From NCBI GenBank assembly GCA_016200345.1, contig JACQEX010000022.1, positions 1 to 37,101 on the forward strand: a stretch of DNA of 37,101 nt. The letters run 5' to 3'. The stretch comes from Nitrospinota bacterium. GTDB taxonomy: Bacteria > Nitrospinota_A > UBA7883 > JACRGQ01. The position numbers were made by a program, and so were the translations under genes. The notes under the pieces are model-generated. The model worked only from the letters and a program-made list of their open reading frames with translations, made no database searches and was not told where the DNA came from. Shown piece by piece: positions 36,498 through 37,101 of this stretch (its first letter is position 1; each line of letters starts with the position of its first letter).

Positions 36498-36562
36498 GCC
36501 CACCAAAATAAACAAAACTCCCCATTCGGGAGAGTTTTGCTTATTTTTGATGTAGGCCCGCT
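36498..36562 (+). repeat. 65-bp direct repeat copy 2
   Basis: Perfect copy. The 134 bp between the copies contains two perfect hairpins (ATTCCGCAC-gtgat-GTGCGGAAT and GGGAACA-cga-TGTTCCC). Confidence 0.9.
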
Positions 36563-36573
36563 TTTGGCCGGTA

Positions 36574-37101
36574 CGCACCAAGTACACGCTAAAGCGTGTA
36601 CCCACCGGAAAAAGCAATTGGGTGGGTGCGGCCTTTTTTTTCTCCCGGTAGGCACGGCCTTTAGGCTGTGCTACATTGGCGCTTTCGCGGCAACGTACAG
36701 GTTAAAACCTGTACCCACCGGAGAATGCAATTTGGTTTGGTAGGCACGGGCTTTTTTTTCTCCCGGTAGGCACGGCCTTTAGGCTGTGCTACATTGCCGC
36801 TTTCGCGGCAACGTACAGGTTAAAACCTGTACCCACCGGAAAAAGCAATTTGGTGGGTGCGGGTTTTAACCTGTACACCTTCGCATTGGCGCTCCGCGGC
36901 AATGTACACACTAAAGTGTGTACCCACCGGAAAAAGCAATTTGGTGGGTGCGGGCTTCTCGGCAACCATCCTCTAGTGGCAATAATACACACTCTGACTT
37001 GGATGGCGGAAGTACATGGTCGTTTACTGCGGCCTGCACTCCTTCGCATTGGCGCTCCGCACAAATTAAAACCTAAAGCGTGTAACCACCCGAAAAAGCA
37101 A
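36574..37101 (+). repeat. tandem array (at least 5 units, periods 113/118/91/162 bp, truncated by the window end) of a composite multi-hairpin element; REP/BIME-like or a tandem small-RNA gene array
   Basis: Each unit has a 20-bp perfect palindrome with a TAAA loop whose stem covaries between copies (GTACACGC / GTACAGGT / GTACACAC), then CCCACC...GGTGGG and a T8 run. The spacer carries hairpins GCACGGCC-ttta-GGCTGTGC and TTGCCGC-tttc-GCGGCAA and a TGcTACATT extended -10-like motif. Confidence 0.8.

Noticed and set aside
36292-37064. Small ORFs in the track over the tRNA-proximal repeat region (peptides repeating PTSKISKTLPNGEFCLFWW)
   Set aside because: Their internally repetitive translations simply mirror the DNA direct repeats. 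Hairpins and T-runs indicate non-coding DNA.
36574-37101. CRISPR array interpretation of the 3' tandem repeats
   Set aside because: Repeat periods are irregular (113, 118, 91, 162 bp). Two spacers are nearly identical to each other. Repeat copies are degenerate and recombined. The spacer-like parts are themselves hairpin repeats shared with other loci. No cas genes or leader in the window.

Overview
The window is roughly 58-60% GC and looks chromosomal, from a diderm (Gram-negative-type) bacterium: it carries a Kdo transferase, TolC-family outer-membrane proteins and an RND pump. Most of it is densely packed housekeeping and efflux genes. On the minus strand, in order of transcription, sit glyS, ppdK, the riboflavin operon ribD-ribE-ribBA-ribH, nusB, a metallophosphoesterase and holA, and then a TetR-regulated ABC-type efflux cluster (HlyD adaptor, two separate half-ATPases with a TolC-like gene between them, two ABC-2 permeases). 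On the plus strand are a marR-like gene followed by an RND efflux operon (OMP, MFP, RND), accA, and the rpsU-yqeY-dnaG-rpoD macromolecular-synthesis operon, which ends in a tRNA with a CAT anticodon. Accessory-looking content is limited. It comprises a membrane sensor (periplasmic CXXCH motif, HAMP, GHKL ATPase domain, no recognisable H-box), an orphan Dcm-like C5 methyltransferase bracketed by two ~91-bp repeats built from CACGAAA/TTTCGTG heptads, a yefM-yoeB toxin-antitoxin pair divergent from rpsU with a TGTACA operator, and an SPFH/DUF374/waaA operon. It also includes a 5'-truncated marR in a repeat-rich intergenic region and a hairpin-dense tandem repeat array downstream of the tRNA that runs off the window end. 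That array has a related inverted copy at the sensor/permease junction. Many long antisense ORFs in the track are high-GC artefacts.
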